Shown: positions 31,646 to 41,172, counted from the stretch's first letter. The stretch: 54,417 bases of DNA from Deltaproteobacteria bacterium (GCA_016218805.1 JACRCW010000073.1:1-54417); one strand, 5' to 3'. Numbers and translations are program-made. The notes: generated by a model from the letters alone, not told the origin.

Positions 31646-32629
31646 ATGCAGCGGTTGATTTCGGCTTCTTTTCTCTCGCTCGCGCTCCTGGCCGGATGCC
31701 AGCAGGGGCCGCTGCCGCCCGCACAGCCCGCCAGCGGTCCCGGCGGAGCGGACTACCGCTTCGGATCGGTGCACATCTCGTCGGTGGGCTTTGGGCCCAG
31801 CAACGTGCGGGTGTTCATCCCGGGTAACCCAGCCCCGTCCCAGCCACTGCCCATTGTGGTGTTCCTGCACGGATACCAGGCCATTGAAACCGTCAATTAC
31901 CAGGAATGGTTGGAGCACCTGACCCGCCGCGGCGCCGTGGTGCTGTTCCCCGCATGGCAACACCGCTTCTCCCTGCCGCAGAACTTCACGCCCAACGCCG
32001 CCATCGGCGTGGAAAACGGCATGGAGTACCTGCGCAACCATGGTGTTCCCATTGATACGGACCGCGTCGCATTCATCGGCCATTCCGGTGGCGGCGTGCT
32101 GGCCGTCAACCTGTCCGCCTGGAGCGTGCGCGGCAAGCTGTCCATCCGGCCCCGCGCCATGCTGCTGGCGGCGCCCGGCCGCTGTGTGAAGTGTGACCAA
32201 TACCGTTCCCCCGGCATTCCCGTGGAAGCGGCGGATTCCATTCCGTCAGACGTCGCGCTGGTGGTGATGAACTTCGGTGATGATGACATCGTTGGCCAGT
32301 GGCTGGGGCACGTGCTGTTTGTGGACGCGGTGCAGGTCCCGCGGGACCGGCGCAGCTATCTGCTGGTGCGCACGGACAACGCCGGCTGGCCCCCGCTGGA
32401 TGCGGACCACCGCGCGCCGGAGGCCATGCCCGGGCCGTTTGCCGGGGACTACGTGACGGACGGCCTGGACTACTTTGGCACCTGGAAGATTGCTGACGCG
32501 CTGATGCTGTGTGCGTTTGACGGCGTGGCGTGTGACGTGGCGCTGGGCGAAGGCACCGCCCAGAAGGACATGGGCCAGTGGTCGGACGGAACCCCCGTCC
32601 GGCCCATGCTGAACGACTGGGAACGCTGA
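31646..32629 (+). CDS. alpha/beta-hydrolase lipoprotein (chlorophyllase/cutinase-like)
   Basis: Lipobox LAGC; VFLHG; GHSGG nucleophile elbow. Confidence 0.8.
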   Translation: MQRLISASFLSLALLAGCQQGPLPPAQPASGPGGADYRFGSVHISSVGFGPSNVRVFIPGNPAPSQPLPIVVFLHGYQAIETVNYQEWLEHLTRRGAVVLFPAWQHRFSLPQNFTPNAAIGVENGMEYLRNHGVPIDTDRVAFIGHSGGGVLAVNLSAWSVRGKLSIRPRAMLLAAPGRCVKCDQYRSPGIPVEAADSIPSDVALVVMNFGDDDIVGQWLGHVLFVDAVQVPRDRRSYLLVRTDNAGWPPLDADHRAPEAMPGPFAGDYVTDGLDYFGTWKIADALMLCAFDGVACDVALGEGTAQKDMGQWSDGTPVRPMLNDWER

Positions 32630-32686
32630 TCCGCTCCGGATCAGCCCCGTTTTCCCCTTGACTGGCGGGCCGTGGTTCCGCTAGCT

Positions 32687-32717
32687 CTTTTTGAAAATGA
32701 TAATCATTTTCAAAAAG
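32687..32717. promoter_or_regulatory. Fur box (perfect 15-1-15 palindrome)
   Basis: CTTTTTGAAAATGAT-A-ATCATTTTCAAAAAG; core GAAAATGATAATCATTTTC matches the canonical GATAATGATAATCATTATC at 17/19; lies between TTGACT (32658) and the AAGGAG RBS. Confidence 0.85.
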
Positions 32718-32727
32718 GAGTTCACCC

Positions 32728-33708
32728 GTGAGGACCACAATCGGTTGGAGGATGCTGGGAATCCTTGGCGTGGCGGCCACGCTGGCGTGCGGACCGGGCG
32801 GGGAGGGCGGCACGGGCAGCAGCAGCTCCGGGGCGGCGTGTGACCCGGCGGCGGCCCGCTACCTGCTGCTCGGGGCGGGCCATGACGTCGGCGTGGCGGG
32901 CTGGCTGACGGCGTTTGCGGAGATCCATGACGTGCGCAAGGGCAACACCGCCCCGCCGTTTGAGAAGGCGGACTTTGCGCAGATTGAGTCCATCTATGAC
33001 GCGTCGCTGGCGGCGGCGGTACAGGGCATCAGCGGTGGGCCGGCGTGGGAGCCTGTGGACGCCGGGGCGGCCATGGACGCGCTGATTGTCGCGGCCATTG
33101 CGCGCGGCAAGGACAGCCAGGATGCAACGGATATTGACGAGCTGGGCCAGCTGATTGAGAAGACGCTGGTGCGGTTCCTGTACCTGGCCATGCACCGCTC
33201 CATGACGGTGGGGGCGGACCAGGCCCGCGGCTGGGACGAAGCATTCACGTTGTACGGCCGCTCCGCCGACGGCACGGTGAACGAATTCCTGGCTGATGAG
33301 GTGGCAGAATACGACGCGGACCTGTCCCTGGCCCAGAATGCCAAGGTCTTTGCCGCGCTGGTTGCGGGGCGGTGCGCCGTGCTGTCCGGGGATGCAGCGG
33401 CGCGGGCGGCGCAGGCCGCGGCAGCGGAGGAGGCGGTGCGCTCCAGCTTTGCCTACGCGGCGGGCAAGTACTTCAAGGCCCTGAGCGAAGGCAGCATGGA
33501 CCGGGTCCAGCTGGCCGAGGGCGCGATGTGGTTCAACATTGCGGAACCGTGGATGCGCGCCCACGGGAAGGCGGCGGAGGCAGACACGGTGCGCAACTGG
33601 CTGACGCCGCTGCTGCCCGGCGGCGCGATGGCCACCCAGCCCCCAGATACCGCGGGTGCGGCGGCCGCGCTGGCGGCCATGCGGTCGGCCTATGCGCTGA
33701 CCCTTTGA
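32728..33708 (+). CDS. putative iron-regulated lipoprotein (helical, FEA1-like WDEA motif)
   Basis: Lipobox TLAC; RGWDEAFTLYG; directly downstream of the Fur box and AAGGAG. Confidence 0.65.
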   Translation: MRTTIGWRMLGILGVAATLACGPGGEGGTGSSSSGAACDPAAARYLLLGAGHDVGVAGWLTAFAEIHDVRKGNTAPPFEKADFAQIESIYDASLAAAVQGISGGPAWEPVDAGAAMDALIVAAIARGKDSQDATDIDELGQLIEKTLVRFLYLAMHRSMTVGADQARGWDEAFTLYGRSADGTVNEFLADEVAEYDADLSLAQNAKVFAALVAGRCAVLSGDAAARAAQAAAAEEAVRSSFAYAAGKYFKALSEGSMDRVQLAEGAMWFNIAEPWMRAHGKAAEADTVRNWLTPLLPGGAMATQPPDTAGAAAALAAMRSAYALTL

Positions 33709-33714
33709 AACGGG

Positions 33715-34626
33715 TCATTCCGCCGGGGCCGGTGCCGTTATTTCGGTTGCTTCTGCGATAGCGCGGATTTCCGCGGACAGCGCCTCAGGCGCCTCCAGGC
33801 TGACAAAGTGCCCCACCCCCGGCATCGGATGCCAGGCCACGTCGCGCCCGGCGTCACGGTGGCTCTCCTGGGCCAGTTCCTGGGAGAGTGCGCGGTCCCG
33901 GTCGCCCCAGATCAGGCTGACCGGGCACGGAATGGCCTGCGAATAGATGGCGCGCAGCAACTCGCGTCCCTGCGGGGCAAGCAGCATGCGCGCGTACTGG
34001 CGGTAGTAGTTCACCGGCCCGCGCAGGTCCGCCGCGGAGCGGAAGCGGTTGCAGATCTCATCCACCACCGCGCGGTCCAGCGCGCCCGGGCGGCCCTCCA
34101 GGTGGACAAAGCCCTGGCGCAGCAGGCGCGCGTGATCCGCCACCATCAGCCGCTCCGGCACGCCGGGCGCCTGGAACGCCAGCATGTACCAGCTCTTGCG
34201 GTGTTGCCCGGCGCGGCCCTGCACCACGCCGCGGAACAGCGTGCGCGGGTGCGTGCAATTGACGACGACAAGGTGCCGCAGCGAGCGCCCGAACCGGTGC
34301 CCGTAGATCCACGCGAGTGCGCCACCCCAGTCATGCCCCACCAGGATGGGAGACTGCATGCGCAGCGCTTCCACCAGACCCACCACGTCATCCGTCAGCG
34401 AGACGACGTCGTATCCATCGGCGGGCTTGTCCGTTTCACCGTAGCCCCGCAGGTCCGGCGCGTAGCAGCGGTAGTGCTCACCCAGGCGCTGCATGACGGC
34501 GCGCCAACTCATCCACCCCTCCGGGAAGCCGTGGAGGAACACAACGGGCTGGCCGTTGGCCGGTCCGCATGCGGCCACGTGCATGCGCAGCCCGTTGGCG
34601 GTGACGTGCAGGTGTTCAAGGTCCAT
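33715..34626 (-). CDS. epoxide-hydrolase-like alpha/beta hydrolase
   Basis: LHGFPE, DLRGYG, GHDWGG, GVGHFV. Confidence 0.9.
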   Translation of the reverse strand: MDLEHLHVTANGLRMHVAACGPANGQPVVFLHGFPEGWMSWRAVMQRLGEHYRCYAPDLRGYGETDKPADGYDVVSLTDDVVGLVEALRMQSPILVGHDWGGALAWIYGHRFGRSLRHLVVVNCTHPRTLFRGVVQGRAGQHRKSWYMLAFQAPGVPERLMVADHARLLRQGFVHLEGRPGALDRAVVDEICNRFRSAADLRGPVNYYRQYARMLLAPQGRELLRAIYSQAIPCPVSLIWGDRDRALSQELAQESHRDAGRDVAWHPMPGVGHFVSLEAPEALSAEIRAIAEATEITAPAPAE

Positions 34627-34668
34627 GGCGGGTAGCCTCCCCCGCGCACGGCCCGCCGTCGAGCGCCC

Positions 34669-35244
34669 TCAGGGGTCCCCGAAGTTGTCCCCGCCGCGGT
34701 CCCGCCCGCCGCGGCGATCACGGACGACCTGGCGCAGCATGAGGGCTTTCATCTCCCGCTCATGGGCACCCAGCACAATGGCGAGGCGGGCCTTCTGCTG
34801 CGGTGTCAGGCCCTTGGCGGCGGCATTCAGCTCGTCCTCTTCGGCGCGGAGCAGCTGGGCGCGCAACTCCTGGATCTTGCGGATGCGTCCGTCCACGTCC
34901 GCCAGGGTGGGCGAGCCGTCGGCAAGGCGGCGGAGTTCCTGGACCTCGGCGCGCACGGCCTCGCCAATCTGGCGGCGTTTCTCGTCGCCCTGGCGCAGCA
35001 CGTCCCGGATGGCCAGCGCGCGGGATTCGTCCAGCTCCAGCTCGTCAGCAATGCGCAGCGTGCGGCGCAGCTCCATCTCGCGGCGGGCGCGGTCACGTCG
35101 GTCGGCGCGGTCTTCCCCCCGGTCCATCCGGTCGTCGCGCCGGTCCTGTTTCTCTTCGCGGCGGGTCTGGCGGTCCGGCGGGGCGGCCCACGCCGTGGCG
35201 GAACACCCCAGCAACAACGGCAGCATCCACGTGTTGGTCTTCAT
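34669..35244 (-). CDS. periplasmic Spy/CpxP-like (heavy-metal sensor-like) helical protein
   Basis: Signal peptide AWA|AP; ELELDE...; LTPQQKA motif. Confidence 0.7.
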   Translation of the reverse strand: MKTNTWMLPLLLGCSATAWAAPPDRQTRREEKQDRRDDRMDRGEDRADRRDRARREMELRRTLRIADELELDESRALAIRDVLRQGDEKRRQIGEAVRAEVQELRRLADGSPTLADVDGRIRKIQELRAQLLRAEEDELNAAAKGLTPQQKARLAIVLGAHEREMKALMLRQVVRDRRGGRDRGGDNFGDP

Positions 35245-35669
35245 TCGTCGCTCCCCGGCCAGGCCTTGAGTGCGTGGGACAGGCCGTCCAGTTGGTCGTC
35301 AGAAAGCTCATCCAGGTCCAACTCATCCTCCAGCAGGCCCGGGGCCAGCCACGCCTCGCCGTCGTCAGCGTCCTCCGCCCCCAGCTCCACCCACGCGGTC
35401 TCTCCGTCGTCATCAGCGGGTTCCACGGCGGCGGGGGAGGGCGGGGCAGGGGGCAGCACGGGGGTGCGCGGCAGCAGCAGGACGGCAAACGCGCCGGCCA
35501 GCGGCAGTCCCAGCCAGGCCCACAGCGGCGTGCGGACCAGGCGCGTCGAACGCGCGCGTTCGACACTGCGCGCAACCGTGCGGCGGACCAGGGGGTCATC
35601 CGGGCCGGGCGGGGCGGGCAATTGCGCATCCAGCCAGCGGGTGTCTTCGTCGTGGCGGTTGTCTTCCAT
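35241..35669 (-). CDS. putative membrane anti-sigma factor
   Basis: Single transmembrane helix, very acidic C-terminus, coupled to the ECF gene. Confidence 0.6.
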   Translation of the reverse strand: MEDNRHDEDTRWLDAQLPAPPGPDDPLVRRTVARSVERARSTRLVRTPLWAWLGLPLAGAFAVLLLPRTPVLPPAPPSPAAVEPADDDGETAWVELGAEDADDGEAWLAPGLLEDELDLDELSDDQLDGLSHALKAWPGSDE

Positions 35670-36205
35670 CAGCCACCTCCCAGGTGGGTCTTCAGGCGCG
35701 TGACGGCGTGGTGCATGTGGACCTTGCAGGCGTTCTCAGAGGTGGACAGCGTGCGGGCCACCTCCGCAAAGGACAGCCCGGAGGCGCGCAGCACCACCAC
35801 GTCACGCTGCCGTGGGCTGAGGGTCTCCAGGGCGGCGGAGAGGCGGCTGTAGTCGCGTTCGGCGGCGGGGTCCGCGGGTTGGCCCACGGGGACGTCATGG
35901 GGGCGTTGGGCCAGCAGCGCGGCCTGGCGGGAGGCCTTGCGGCCGCGGGTGCGGGCCAGGTTGAGGGCCACGCGGTACAGCCAGCCGCGGACGCGGGTGA
36001 CGCTGGCCAGGAAGTGGCGCTTTTCCAGCACGCGGCACAGGGCTTCCTGGACGATGTCAGAAGCGTCTGCATCCGGCAGGCCCAGGGTGGCGCACATGCG
36101 CAGCAGGGCCGGGGTGTGACGACGGCAGAGTTCGTTGAAAGCGGGATCATCTCCGCGCGCGGCCAGGCGGCACAATTCGGCGTCATCCAGGGCGTGGGCG
36201 TCCAT
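35669..36205 (-). CDS. ECF RNA polymerase sigma factor
   Basis: DDAEL..AARGDDPAF, DIVQEA, WLYRVALN, LSPRQRDVVVLR...SFAEVA. Confidence 0.9.
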   Translation of the reverse strand: MDAHALDDAELCRLAARGDDPAFNELCRRHTPALLRMCATLGLPDADASDIVQEALCRVLEKRHFLASVTRVRGWLYRVALNLARTRGRKASRQAALLAQRPHDVPVGQPADPAAERDYSRLSAALETLSPRQRDVVVLRASGLSFAEVARTLSTSENACKVHMHHAVTRLKTHLGGG

Positions 36206-36328
36206 GGTTGGGCGGGTGTTGCCATCCCACCACGCGGGCAGCGGTTGTGCCATCACGCCCCAGAGACGCCCCAACTCCGCCCAACGTTAAGGCAGGCAAG
36301 CGCCCACTCGGGGTGCGGCAGGCCGGCT

Positions 36329-36994
36329 TCAGACGGCCATGGTCTTGAGGTCTTTGGCCACCGTGTAGGTGCACGGGGTGGCGGCCTTGACCTGGTCCGC
36401 GGTGACGCCCGGGGCAAGTTCCGTGAGCGTCATGCCCTTCCCGCGCTGGATGCGGAACACGGCCATTTCCGTGACCACCATGTCCACGCAGGCCTTCCCG
36501 GTGAGGGGGAGCGTGCAGGTCTCCAGCAGCTTGGGAGCGCCCTTGGCGGTGTGTTCCATGGCCACAATGACGCGCCGCGCACCCGCAACGAGGTCCATGG
36601 CGCCGCCCATGCCCTTCACCATCTTCCCGGGGATGATCCAGTTGGCGATGTCCCCGTTGGGGGCCACCTGCATGGCGCCCAGGATGGTGACGTCAACATG
36701 CCCGCCGCGGATCATGGCAAAGCTGTCCGCCGACGAGAAATACGACGTGCCCTTCACCTCGGTGACGGTCTGTTTCCCGGCATTGATGAGGTCGGGGTCT
36801 TCCTCGCCTTCGTACGGGAACGGTCCCACGCCCAGCATGCCGTTTTCGCTCTGGAGGATGACCTCCATGCCGGGGGGCAGATGGTTGGGCACCATCGTGG
36901 GGAGCCCAATGCCCAGGTTGACGTAGTCGCCGTCCTTGAGTTCGGCGGCCACGCGCTTGACGATCACATCACGGATGTCTTTTTCCGCTGCCAT
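36329..36994 (-). CDS. scoB: 3-oxoacid CoA-transferase subunit B
   Basis: NLGIGLP, QSENG (catalytic Glu), GMGGAMDL. Confidence 0.93.
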   Translation of the reverse strand: MAAEKDIRDVIVKRVAAELKDGDYVNLGIGLPTMVPNHLPPGMEVILQSENGMLGVGPFPYEGEEDPDLINAGKQTVTEVKGTSYFSSADSFAMIRGGHVDVTILGAMQVAPNGDIANWIIPGKMVKGMGGAMDLVAGARRVIVAMEHTAKGAPKLLETCTLPLTGKACVDMVVTEMAVFRIQRGKGMTLTELAPGVTADQVKAATPCTYTVAKDLKTMAV

Positions 36995-37006
36995 GGTGGC
37001 CTCCGG

Positions 37007-37768
37007 TCACGCGTGCGGCCGCGGACGGGTGGTCCGCTGCTCAATGGGCTTTTCGTATTTGGGGCCCTTGAAGATGCGTTTCACGTAGATCCCCGGCACG
37101 TGGACCTGGTCGGGGTCCAGCTCGCCCACGTCAACAAGGATCTCCACTTCAGCCAGTGTGACCTTGGCCGCGGTGCACATCATCGGGTTGAAGTTCCGCG
37201 CGGTCTTGCGGAACACCAGGTTTCCGTGGCGGTCACCCTTCCACGCGCGGACAATGGCAAAGTCCGCGGTGAGCGCCTTCTCCAGCACGCACCATTTCCC
37301 GTCTATTTCGCGCGTCTCCTTCTTGTCGCTCTTCTTGAGGACGCTCTTGCCATCCTTGCTGTAGAACTGGGGGACGCCGCCGTCAGCAATCCAGGTGCCG
37401 TAGCCGGTGGGGGTGAAGAACGCGGGGATGCCGGCGCCGCCGGCGCGGATGCGTTCGGCCAGGGTGCCTTGCGGATTGAGTTCCACCTCCAGTTCCCCGT
37501 TGAGGAACTGGCGTTCAAACTCCTTGTTCTCACCAACGTAGCTGCTGACCATCTTGCGGACCTGCTTGTTGTTCAGCAGGACGCCCAGGCCCTTGTCGGT
37601 GGTGCCGCAGTTGTTGCTGATGATGGTGAGATCCTTGGTGCCCTTTTCACGTATGGCGGCGATCAGGTTCTCCGGGTTGCCGCCCAGGCCGAAACCACCG
37701 GCCATGATGACGGCACCGTCCTTGACGTCCCTGATTGCCTCCATGGCGTTGGCGACGACCTTGTCCAT
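37007..37768 (-). CDS. scoA: 3-oxoacid CoA-transferase subunit A
   Basis: GGFG, SNN, SYVGEN, PQGTLAERIRAGGAG, ARNFNP. Confidence 0.93.
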   Translation of the reverse strand: MDKVVANAMEAIRDVKDGAVIMAGGFGLGGNPENLIAAIREKGTKDLTIISNNCGTTDKGLGVLLNNKQVRKMVSSYVGENKEFERQFLNGELEVELNPQGTLAERIRAGGAGIPAFFTPTGYGTWIADGGVPQFYSKDGKSVLKKSDKKETREIDGKWCVLEKALTADFAIVRAWKGDRHGNLVFRKTARNFNPMMCTAAKVTLAEVEILVDVGELDPDQVHVPGIYVKRIFKGPKYEKPIEQRTTRPRPHA

Positions 37769-37827
37769 GGGAAGCTCCCGCGTGAACGGTTAGAAAAGCT
37801 GCGCGCCCTTTACCACGGGAAGGACCC

Positions 37828-38505
37828 ATGACCACCACGGCGAACAAGACCTACGGATGTGATGACCCCACGACGGCGACGTACGCGTCACGCCTGCTGG
37901 CGCTGGAGGACGAGGTGCTGGCCGGCATCCGCCGCCGCGCGGAGGCGGCGGGCCTGCCGGACATCCACGTGTCCGCGGCAGACGGCCGGCACCTGCAGGT
38001 GCTGGCGGCAGCCATGGGGGCGCGAAACGCCGTCGAAGTGGGCACGCTGGCTGGCTACTCCGGGGTGTGCCTGCTGCGCGGGATGGCGCCGGGCGGGATC
38101 CTTCACACGCTGGAGTTGGATCCCAAGCACGCGGAGGTGGCGCGGAAGACCTTCCGCCTGGCCGGTTTGACGGATCGCGCGCGGATCCACGTGGGCCCCG
38201 CGGACCAGACACTCGGGCAGTTGTCGTCGGAGGGGCCGTTTGACCTGGTGTTCCTGGACGCGGACAAGGCGGGCTACCCGCGCTACCTGGGCTGGGCGGC
38301 GGAGCACCTGCGGCCGGGCGGGGTGGTGCTGGCGGACAACGTGTTCCTGTGGGGCAACGTGGGGCGGACCGAACCGCTGGAAGGCATGACGTCCGCCACG
38401 GTGGGGGCCATGCGCACGTTCAATGAACGCGTGGTGCAGAGCGAGCGCTGGCTGGGGACGCTGCTGCCGACGGGGGAGGGGCTTGCCATGGGGGTGAAGC
38501 GATGA
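37828..38505 (+). CDS. SAM-dependent O-methyltransferase (COMT/CCoAOMT family)
   Basis: VEVGTLAGYS, FDLVFLDADK, LADNV. Confidence 0.9.
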   Translation: MTTTANKTYGCDDPTTATYASRLLALEDEVLAGIRRRAEAAGLPDIHVSAADGRHLQVLAAAMGARNAVEVGTLAGYSGVCLLRGMAPGGILHTLELDPKHAEVARKTFRLAGLTDRARIHVGPADQTLGQLSSEGPFDLVFLDADKAGYPRYLGWAAEHLRPGGVVLADNVFLWGNVGRTEPLEGMTSATVGAMRTFNERVVQSERWLGTLLPTGEGLAMGVKR

Positions 38506-38520
38506 GCCCGGACAGGGGCG

Positions 38521-38755
38521 CGCGTTGGACGCCGGCGTGCGTTTTGGGACTTCCTCATCACATCAACGGATGGCGCCAGGATGGCCTCCTCAACGCCCGA
38601 CTTGGACCCGTTCCAGCGCGAGGTGCTGGCGGCGTTCTTCCGCCGGGAGAGCACGCCTTCCCGGTGACTGTTGCGCCCGCCGAGTTACGCCGCTGTCTGC
38701 GCTGGTGGGCCGCCTTCGACGCCTTGCGCTCCCGGTTGGGTCACCCGGCCGGTGA
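38521..38755 (+). pseudogene. remnant of an antitoxin/AbiEii-like nucleotidyltransferase gene pair
   Basis: GRRRAFWDFLI/NGWRQDGLL, broken by a CATCA duplication at 38556-38565, overlaps MASSTPDLDPFQREVLAAFFRRE; then VAPAELRR..ALVGRLRRLALP. Central part missing. Confidence 0.45.
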
Positions 38756-38821
38756 TCCACGGCGTATCCATTGAGGCGGCGCGTCCGCTCTGGTACGCGC
38801 ACCGCTTCTCCGGAGGCGTCC

Positions 38822-39679
38822 ATGGCAAGAGTGATTGCGGTGGCCAACCAGAAGGGTGGCGTCGGCAAGACGGTGACCAGCATCAACGTCGCTGCGGCCC
38901 TGGCGCGCCACGGGCGGCGGACGCTGCTGGTGGACCTGGACCCGCAGGGGCACTGCGGCATCGGCACCGGGTTTGACACGGAGAGCGCGCCCAAAACCAC
39001 CTATGAGCTGCTCACCCAGCGCAACGTCTCCGTCGTGGATTGTGCGGTGCAGCGTGAGTTTGCCAACTCAGGCGGGCGGCTGTGGTTTGTGCCCTCCAAC
39101 CTGCGCCTGTCCCTGGCCGAACGCGAGCTGGAGCGCATGTTCAGCCTGCCCAACCTGGTGCTGGCCGGGAAGCTGAAGACCATCCAGGACCAGTATGACG
39201 AGGTGGTGCTGGACTGCCCGCCCAGCCTCTCCAAGCTGACGCTCAATGCCTTCCTGGCCTGCAACATGGTGATCATTCCCATTGCGGTGGGTTACTTCTC
39301 CATCCACGGCGTGCGGATGCTGGCGGAGACGCTGCGGGACATCTTTGAGGAGACGGGGGTGGACTACGACATCCGCTGTCTCATCACGCGCTTCAAGCAG
39401 GGCCAGACCGTGAGCCGTGAAGTGCGCCAGGCGGCCACCGAGCTGTTCGGCGACTACTGTTTTGAGACGGTGATCCGCGACAACATTGACGTGGAGAAGA
39501 GCGTGGGCGCGCAGATCCCGCTGGTGGAATACGCGCCGCAGAGCCCCGCGGCGCAGGACTATGAGGGCTTGGTGCGTGAGCTGTTGACGCCCCGGGTGGC
39601 GGGCCATGAGAAATCCAAGCCGCCCATCGTGGCGGGCGGGACTGGGTTGAACGTCGCACCGGTAACCTCGGGCGGGTGA
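38822..39679 (+). CDS. ParA/Soj-family ATPase (orphan; no parB adjacent)
   Basis: NQKGGVGKT deviant Walker A, DLDPQG, DCPPSL. Confidence 0.93.
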   Translation: MARVIAVANQKGGVGKTVTSINVAAALARHGRRTLLVDLDPQGHCGIGTGFDTESAPKTTYELLTQRNVSVVDCAVQREFANSGGRLWFVPSNLRLSLAERELERMFSLPNLVLAGKLKTIQDQYDEVVLDCPPSLSKLTLNAFLACNMVIIPIAVGYFSIHGVRMLAETLRDIFEETGVDYDIRCLITRFKQGQTVSREVRQAATELFGDYCFETVIRDNIDVEKSVGAQIPLVEYAPQSPAAQDYEGLVRELLTPRVAGHEKSKPPIVAGGTGLNVAPVTSGG

Positions 39680-39690
39680 GGGCGAGCGCC

Positions 39691-40515
39691 ATGGCAAAGA
39701 AGAAGAAGCACCAGGGCCCCAGTGGCGCGGCGTCCGGCGGCGGAATGGCCGCGGCCGTCCATGATGCGCGGGGCGAGACGTCCGACTGGGGAACCAAGGT
39801 GGAGCGCCCGTGGGAGCCGCCGGCCGCCCCCGCACCCGAGGCGGAACACGACAAGGCGGAGCGCAAGAAGAAGGCCAGTGCCCCGTCCGTGATGGGGTTC
39901 CTGCAGCGTGTGGGCGGGGCGGCGGGCACCGGGCGAACGCCGGCGCGCGGGCTGCTGGGGAAGATCACCGCGGAGGACCTCAAGAGCGTGGGCCGTGCCC
40001 CGGAGCAACCGCCGCCGGCGGCCGCGCCGGCCGCGGAGGAAAAGCCGGTGGCGCAGGTGGACGTGGCGCTGGACCCGCAGCCCGTCACGCCGCCGGACCC
40101 CTTGCCGTCCGTGGAGGAGCGCTTGCGCAAGGTGGGTGACATGGGCCGCCGCAGCGCGGTGTCGTCGGGGGACCGCGCCAACCGCAAGGATGACCGCTAC
40201 CCGTTCTCCGTGCGCGTGGAGTACTCCACCGTGGGGCGCTCCGCGGCGGAAATGGCGGAGAATCTCTCCGCCACGGGCATCTTCATCCACACCTCCACAC
40301 CCCTGGAGATTGGTGACCCGGTGATGGTGAACTTCCAGGTGGCGGACAGCGCGTTTCCGCTCACGCTGCCTGCGCGCGTGAAGTGGGTGAGCGCGTACGG
40401 CGGGATTGACCGGCCGTCCTCCGGGATGGGGCTGGAGTTCACCGCGCTGGATGACAAGAAGCGCCGGACACTCGCGGGGATCATCGCCCGCCTCCGCGGG
40501 GGGAGACGGCCTTGA
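39691..40515 (+). CDS. PilZ-domain protein with a long disordered N-terminus
   Basis: RKDDR (RxxxR) and NLSATG ((D/N)xSxxG); ARVKWV...GMGLEF. Confidence 0.85.
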   Translation: MAKKKKHQGPSGAASGGGMAAAVHDARGETSDWGTKVERPWEPPAAPAPEAEHDKAERKKKASAPSVMGFLQRVGGAAGTGRTPARGLLGKITAEDLKSVGRAPEQPPPAAAPAAEEKPVAQVDVALDPQPVTPPDPLPSVEERLRKVGDMGRRSAVSSGDRANRKDDRYPFSVRVEYSTVGRSAAEMAENLSATGIFIHTSTPLEIGDPVMVNFQVADSAFPLTLPARVKWVSAYGGIDRPSSGMGLEFTALDDKKRRTLAGIIARLRGGRRP

Positions 40516-40886
40516 CGGATCCCAAGGACGCCGTGGTGGTTGGCACGGCCGTGACGGACCAGACCGCTCCCGGAACGGACGTGGTGCCGGCGGCGTTTGT
40601 GGTGCAGCGGCCCAAGCCGGTCCCGCGGGATGGGTTGGACCCCAAGAGCATGGAGGCGCTGCGCAACCGCCCGGTGGAGATCCACGCGGGCGCCGTGATC
40701 TACCGGGGGGTTCTCGTCGGGGCGGACACGGAGGAGGTCTTCCTGCGGACGGACCTGCGCTACACCAGCGTGCCGCTGGAGCGCGTTGCGCGGATCATCC
40801 CCACGGACGTGAAGCCGGCGCCGCTGCCCAAGGGCAGCGTGGATCCCAGTTTCTTCCACCCCATGCCGGGTGAAGACGAAGGGTGA
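40512..40886 (+). CDS. small hypothetical protein, possible Sm/Hfq-like fold
   Basis: LRNRPVEIH..VIYRGVLVGAD..VFL...SVPLERVARI; stop/start overlap with the PilZ gene. Confidence 0.6.
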   Translation: MTDPKDAVVVGTAVTDQTAPGTDVVPAAFVVQRPKPVPRDGLDPKSMEALRNRPVEIHAGAVIYRGVLVGADTEEVFLRTDLRYTSVPLERVARIIPTDVKPAPLPKGSVDPSFFHPMPGEDEG

Positions 40887-40891
40887 GACCC

Positions 40892-41149
40892 ATGGCCAAG
40901 AAGAAGGGCAACTACGACCTCGCGATGATGGATTTTCTCCCCTACGGGCCCATGCACAAGGTGGAGCGTGAGAAGGACAAGCCCTACCTGATGGAGACCT
41001 TCCTGGCGTTCCTGGGCAAGAAGGGGCTGGTGAAGGAAGAGGGCGACCGGACGCTCATCAGCGTGGGGAAGGGCTGGCAGGTGACCACCCGGGTGGGCAC
41101 GCGCGCCGGGCGCTACATTGAGCCGGTGGCCGCGCCGGCCAAGGACTGA
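40892..41149 (+). CDS. small hypothetical protein
   Basis: 85 aa, genome-typical codon usage, operonic spacing. Confidence 0.65.
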   Translation: MAKKKGNYDLAMMDFLPYGPMHKVEREKDKPYLMETFLAFLGKKGLVKEEGDRTLISVGKGWQVTTRVGTRAGRYIEPVAAPAKD

Positions 41150-41172
41150 ACCGGCACGCGCCGGGTAGCGCC

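Noticed and set aside
38822..39679. Plasmid or prophage partition cassette
   Set aside because: No parB, rep, integrase or phage genes; core codon usage; operonic with mnmA
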